DNA of 50,215 nt from a virus (taxonomy: Duplodnaviria; Caudoviricetes): positions 1 through 50,215 of IMG/VR virus record IMGVR_UViG_3300017734_000011. One strand, given 5' to 3'. The notes under the pieces were generated by a model. The model did no database searches. It saw only the letters and a program-made list of their open reading frames with translations, and was not told where the DNA came from. A program made the position numbers and the translations under genes. Of the stretch, positions 47,075 to 50,215 are shown piece by piece. Within the stretch, counting starts at the first letter, position 1. Every line of letters starts with the position of its first letter.

Positions 47075-47407
47075 TTAACCCAACATATTATCTCTTTTTT
47101 GTTTCTCATATTGAGTAACTCGTGCTTCTTTTTCTTGTAGCTTTAACTTGGTTTCTAGATTATCCAACTTTTCGTCTGACATATCGTGATAGTAACCATC
47201 ATGACTTCTAAAAGAATCAATTAGATAGAGAAGGTCAGCTATCTCATATTTATTTAACAAGTTTTTATTATGAGAGTTGGCGTACCTAATAATCTTTCTC
47301 GTATGATCTGAGATATGTGAAAAAAGATCATCATCCTTTATATTTCTTGCCATTGTTTTTATAAAGGTCGCACTTCCTTTAATTAGCTCAGTTCTATAGT
47401 TTTTCAT
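47075..47407 (-). CDS. hypothetical protein
   Basis: 110 aa in an overlapping chain. Confidence 0.65.
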   Translation of the reverse strand: MKNYRTELIKGSATFIKTMARNIKDDDLFSHISDHTRKIIRYANSHNKNLLNKYEIADLLYLIDSFRSHDGYYHDMSDEKLDNLETKLKLQEKEARVTQYEKQKRDNMLG

Positions 47408-47840
47408 CGTAATACCCCTCTTGATTTTCTTCTTTACTCATCCATTCTTCCCATTCTCTTCTGCCTACTTCTCTTGAAGCAAGTCTTTTTCTTTTAATTT
47501 TTCTTTTAGTTTTATCTGACCCAAAAATTAATGGAGTTACAGTCTGACTTAGTTTCATTGCACCCTCAAAATCTCTAGATAAATTTAAAAAACATTGCTC
47601 TTCTACAAGTGCCTCAGCTACATAATCTTCTCTCTTTTTCGTCATCCAATAATTATTTATTGTTTTTTGAAGAATATTCGTAAGTTCAAAGGTTATCTTA
47701 ACTGCCTCATCGTCATTTAAATTAGGCGTTGGACTACCACCTATATTATAGAATAAGGTCATATCTTTAATGCTCCAATCATTCTTAATAAAATCCCACG
47801 CTTGACTTTTGCCAAGTTTTACTTTTCTACCCCAACTCAT
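47394..47840 (-). CDS. hypothetical protein
   Basis: GGAGG SD, 148 aa. Confidence 0.7.
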   Translation of the reverse strand: MSWGRKVKLGKSQAWDFIKNDWSIKDMTLFYNIGGSPTPNLNDDEAVKITFELTNILQKTINNYWMTKKREDYVAEALVEEQCFLNLSRDFEGAMKLSQTVTPLIFGSDKTKRKIKRKRLASREVGRREWEEWMSKEENQEGYYDEKL

Positions 47841-47842
47841 AT

Positions 47843-47974
47843 TTAACCTCCAAAATTAGCGTTGTAACAAACATTATCTATTAGGCATAAAAACCAAAAT
47901 AAATAATAAAAGAAATACATGGTGGCTATAGCTGATGCTATAACCCCCATAAATTTTAAGACACTAAGCAACAT
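47843..47974 (-). CDS. small membrane protein (43 aa, not in ORF track)
   Basis: MLLSVLKFMGVIASAIATMYFFYYLFWFLCLIDNVCYNANFGG fills the gap between neighbours. Confidence 0.6.
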   Translation of the reverse strand: MLLSVLKFMGVIASAIATMYFFYYLFWFLCLIDNVCYNANFGG

Positions 47975-48254
47975 TGTTGTCAATCCTAAGTTCATCTTGC
48001 CTAGCAACTTCTTGATCTATAAGAAACTGTGGATCAAAACCTTTAGTCTGCATGAAACTCTCATACTCTTTATATGTCATTTCATCAGCTTTTGTTTGTT
48101 CATCTATTAGCTTACGTTTTTCAGCTAACATATTCTTTACTTGCTTTAGAGCTTGAGTGAGGAAGTAATCATCAGCACCATATAGTGCTCTATGAGAGTT
48201 TAGGTCTGCTTCAATTCTTTCTAAAGTAGCACCATCTCTAAGTAGTTCGTTCAT
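47964..48254 (-). CDS. hypothetical early protein
   Basis: AGGAG SD and conserved leader. Confidence 0.75.
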   Translation of the reverse strand: MNELLRDGATLERIEADLNSHRALYGADDYFLTQALKQVKNMLAEKRKLIDEQTKADEMTYKEYESFMQTKGFDPQFLIDQEVARQDELRIDNNVA

Positions 48255-48319
48255 ATCGTTTCTCCTAATTTTGTTAATCGTTAATTATTTATTGCATATG
48301 TAAATATATAAGTCAACCC
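48255..48319 (-). promoter_or_regulatory. promoter plus conserved leader (copy 4)
   Basis: GGG-TTGACT with a weaker -10; AACGATTAACAAAATTAGGAG. Confidence 0.7.
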
Positions 48320-48321
48320 AA

Positions 48322-48345
48322 TAAAAGGGGTAATTAAACCCCTTA
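48322..48345 (-). terminator. intrinsic terminator
   Basis: AAGGGGT/ACCCCTT stem followed on - strand by TTATT, right after the stop at 48348. Confidence 0.65.
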
Positions 48346-48347
48346 TG

Positions 48348-48695
48348 TTAGTTTATTGGAACTAGGTAGCCTAAGTCAGAGTAAGCACCATTTACATGTA
48401 CAGAAAACTCTTTGTCGCCTCTACCCTTAATACGAACTATGTCGCCATGATTTATTGGTAACTCTTTAGAAAGCCTTTCGCCTTCAGCACGATCTGCATC
48501 AGTGTAAACTGCTTTGATGCAAGCACCTACTGACATAATCCAAATCTTATCTTCAGATTGGTCTTCGAAAAGATAGCATTTAGAAAAACCTCTATTGTGA
48601 TTAACATTAAAAGTTAACTCTTGGTGCTCACTTTTTCTGTTAAGAATGCTATCACCATTTTTATCCCAAATGCTTTCTATATCTAAATATCTCAT
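48348..48695 (-). CDS. hypothetical early protein (monocistronic cassette)
   Basis: GGAG SD favours ATG 48695; has its own promoter and terminator. Confidence 0.75.
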   Translation of the reverse strand: MRYLDIESIWDKNGDSILNRKSEHQELTFNVNHNRGFSKCYLFEDQSEDKIWIMSVGACIKAVYTDADRAEGERLSKELPINHGDIVRIKGRGDKEFSVHVNGAYSDLGYLVPIN

Positions 48696-48760
48696 TTTTA
48701 TCTCCATTTTGTTGTTCGTTATTTTTTTAATATAATTTTTGTAGACACAAATGTCAACCC
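48696..48760 (-). promoter_or_regulatory. promoter plus conserved leader (copy 5)
   Basis: GGG-TTGACA-17 nt-TATATT; TTGT-N4-ACAA dyad; AACGAACAACAAAATGGAG. Confidence 0.75.
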
Positions 48761-48804
48761 TTATAAGATGTTTTTATAAAATAAATTTAGATGGAATTTA
48801 GTGT

Positions 48805-48880
48805 GAGGTGATTAGGCAATATAAATCTGGAGGAAACCTAACCACCTCTATCCACGCTCAGAGGTAGAGATCAGCGTGGA
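48805..48880 (-). ncRNA. candidate two-hairpin structured RNA
   Basis: 8-bp stem TCCACGCT/AGCGTGGA and 12-bp stem GAGGTGGTTAGG/CCTAATCACCTC (one G-U). Confidence 0.45.
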
Positions 48881-48881
48881 A

Positions 48882-49217
48882 TTATAACTTTATTGACCTA
48901 TAGTTAGCTGACATTGTTTGCCAAGCGTTAATCTTGGCTTCAGCAGCTATTCTCATAAATCTTAACTTCTCATCTCTTTCTATAGCAATTTGCATTGCTC
49001 GTAAATGTTTTACATATTCGTCACTAGCATAAGCTTCTCTTTCTTGTGCTGACACTGAAATATCTAAATGATCTTTCATAATAAGTGCTTTTAATGATTT
49101 TCTGTATTCTTCTAGATATATTCTTTCTGCTTTAGCTTTAGCTACCTCCGCAGCGGAATCTCTTAAATAATCTAATGCTTTTGATACTTCTTTTTCTGAA
49201 ATTATTTGTTCGTTCAT
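48882..49217 (-). CDS. coiled-coil hypothetical protein (UvsY-like architecture)
   Basis: All-helical; AQEREAYAS and WQTMSAN motifs. Confidence 0.7.
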   Translation of the reverse strand: MNEQIISEKEVSKALDYLRDSAAEVAKAKAERIYLEEYRKSLKALIMKDHLDISVSAQEREAYASDEYVKHLRAMQIAIERDEKLRFMRIAAEAKINAWQTMSANYRSIKL

Positions 49218-49567
49218 TTTTTAAATCTTTCTTGGTTATATGGCGAGATACTCCACCAATATGTAGCTTTATCTCTACCAAAATCTTCATGCAAATCGTA
49301 CTTGCCCCAAAAACTATCTTCGTCACCTTGAGTGTCATGTAACTCAGCGTGATGATAATAACACAATGGAATTGCATTGTTGTCGCTTGATTTCATGCCC
49401 ATACCTCTTTTGCCTTCATATGGCTTCAGAAGATGATGAGCTTGAACATTACCTCTACACCAATCAGCAGCTATGCCATTTAGACAACATACTTGTTTAG
49501 CTACAAACATAAGGTGTTTTTTGTTTTTAACTTTAACAGATTTAGGTATTAACATCTTAGAAACCAA
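49214..49567 (-). CDS. DUF968/Ref-like HNH-fold nuclease
   Basis: CC, QAHHL, GMGMKSSD, IPLCYYHH.ELH. Confidence 0.75.
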   Translation of the reverse strand: MVSKMLIPKSVKVKNKKHLMFVAKQVCCLNGIAADWCRGNVQAHHLLKPYEGKRGMGMKSSDNNAIPLCYYHHAELHDTQGDEDSFWGKYDLHEDFGRDKATYWWSISPYNQERFKK

Positions 49568-49967
49568 TATCTTCTATATTGTTGTTATAAAGCACATTTT
49601 TCTCACTATTTGGATCATTGTCTATGCTATCTTCATTATTAGTGAATTCTCTAGCTTTTAGGCTAGTGTAGGCGTTCCCTGCTTCAGATACATCTTTCCA
49701 AGCAGAAATAGTCATAGCACCACTATTCATGATTTTATTAACTACACCTTTAGCATCTGGAGATTTATCAGTCTGTTTACTGTCGTTTGCCTTCAGAGTT
49801 CCTATAGCTCTATAAAGCTCAACCATAGGCTGACCATCTTTGTTTTTACGTTTTACGCCAATAATTCTATGCTCTTCACCCTCAAGGTTTAATTTGCCTT
49901 GTTGTACAATTTGCCAATCATCAGTGTTTTTATATAATATCCCAGAATTTGTGTTATCTTTTTGCAT
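49557..49967 (-). CDS. putative single-stranded DNA-binding protein
   Basis: NSGILY, KSPD..G, ISAWK, YTSL, acidic tail ending EDIGF; AAGGAG SD favours ATG 49967. Confidence 0.55.
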   Translation of the reverse strand: MQKDNTNSGILYKNTDDWQIVQQGKLNLEGEEHRIIGVKRKNKDGQPMVELYRAIGTLKANDSKQTDKSPDAKGVVNKIMNSGAMTISAWKDVSEAGNAYTSLKAREFTNNEDSIDNDPNSEKNVLYNNNIEDIGF

Positions 49968-49968
49968 T

Positions 49969-50214
49969 TTATTCTCCTTTAAAAAGTTTAATATATTGTT
50001 CACATTTTTTTATCATAGTTGTGGCGTTCTTTTTATGTTGTTCGCCAAGCTCTTCAGCCCACAATTTAATATCTTGCAACTGAATTATAGTAGCAGAACA
50101 ACAAGAATGATTGCTCTTTATCATGCTTATAGCTTTATTTAATTCACCTAGATAAGTTCCAAATGCAGATACAGATGAAGCAATATTGCCATCTTTGTTA
50201 AATAAAACATACTT
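49969..50214 (-). CDS. C-terminal part of a gene running off the window
   Basis: Open frame of 82 codons from the window end (KYVLFNKDGN...KCEQYIKLFKGE*). Confidence 0.55.
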   Translation of the reverse strand, partial: KYVLFNKDGNIASSVSAFGTYLGELNKAISMIKSNHSCCSATIIQLQDIKLWAEELGEQHKKNATTMIKKCEQYIKLFKGE

Positions 50215-50215
50215 A

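Noticed and set aside
47841-47870. Possible sixth copy of the AACGA leader (AACGCTAATTTTGGAGG on - strand)
   Set aside because: Poor match, lies within a small coding region, and no upstream promoter.
1-50215. tRNA, rRNA, integrase/att sites, transposase, alternative genetic code
   Set aside because: None recognised by eye; genes tile densely under the standard code with TAA, TAG and TGA all used as stops.

Overview
The window is most of the genome of a tailed dsDNA phage (AT-rich, gene-dense, podovirus-like), probably marine with an alphaproteobacterial host. The host is inferred from a GTA-type holin, a SleB-type hydrolase, GroES and 2OG-Fe(II) oxygenases. On the + strand the order is: terminase small/large and portal (1-4.3 kb); a variable block of Lys-rich mini-proteins and probable virion-packaged effectors including two ADP-ribosyltransferase-like proteins (4.3-12.7 kb); a divergent early-type island (12.7-15 kb); GroES, scaffold, capsid, tail, tail fibre and gp38-like adhesin (15-25.8 kb); an auxiliary enzyme cassette of five 2OG-Fe(II) oxygenases, a QueC-like ATPase and a MetC-like PLP lyase (25.8-30.8 kb); lysis; tail nozzle; and ejection proteins (to 43.3 kb). 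The - strand arm (43.3-50.2 kb) carries ATPase-GNAT genes, DUF932 and small early genes. The most interesting signals are a recurring hydrophobic-Gly-Ala-Leu peptide tag in the putative cargo proteins, a C-terminal domain shared by two distant virion proteins, five promoter/leader cassettes with a common leader and an operator-like dyad, and two structured intergenic RNA candidates. I saw no tRNA, CRISPR array, integrase or DNA polymerase. All calls come from motif recognition by eye; no database searches were run.
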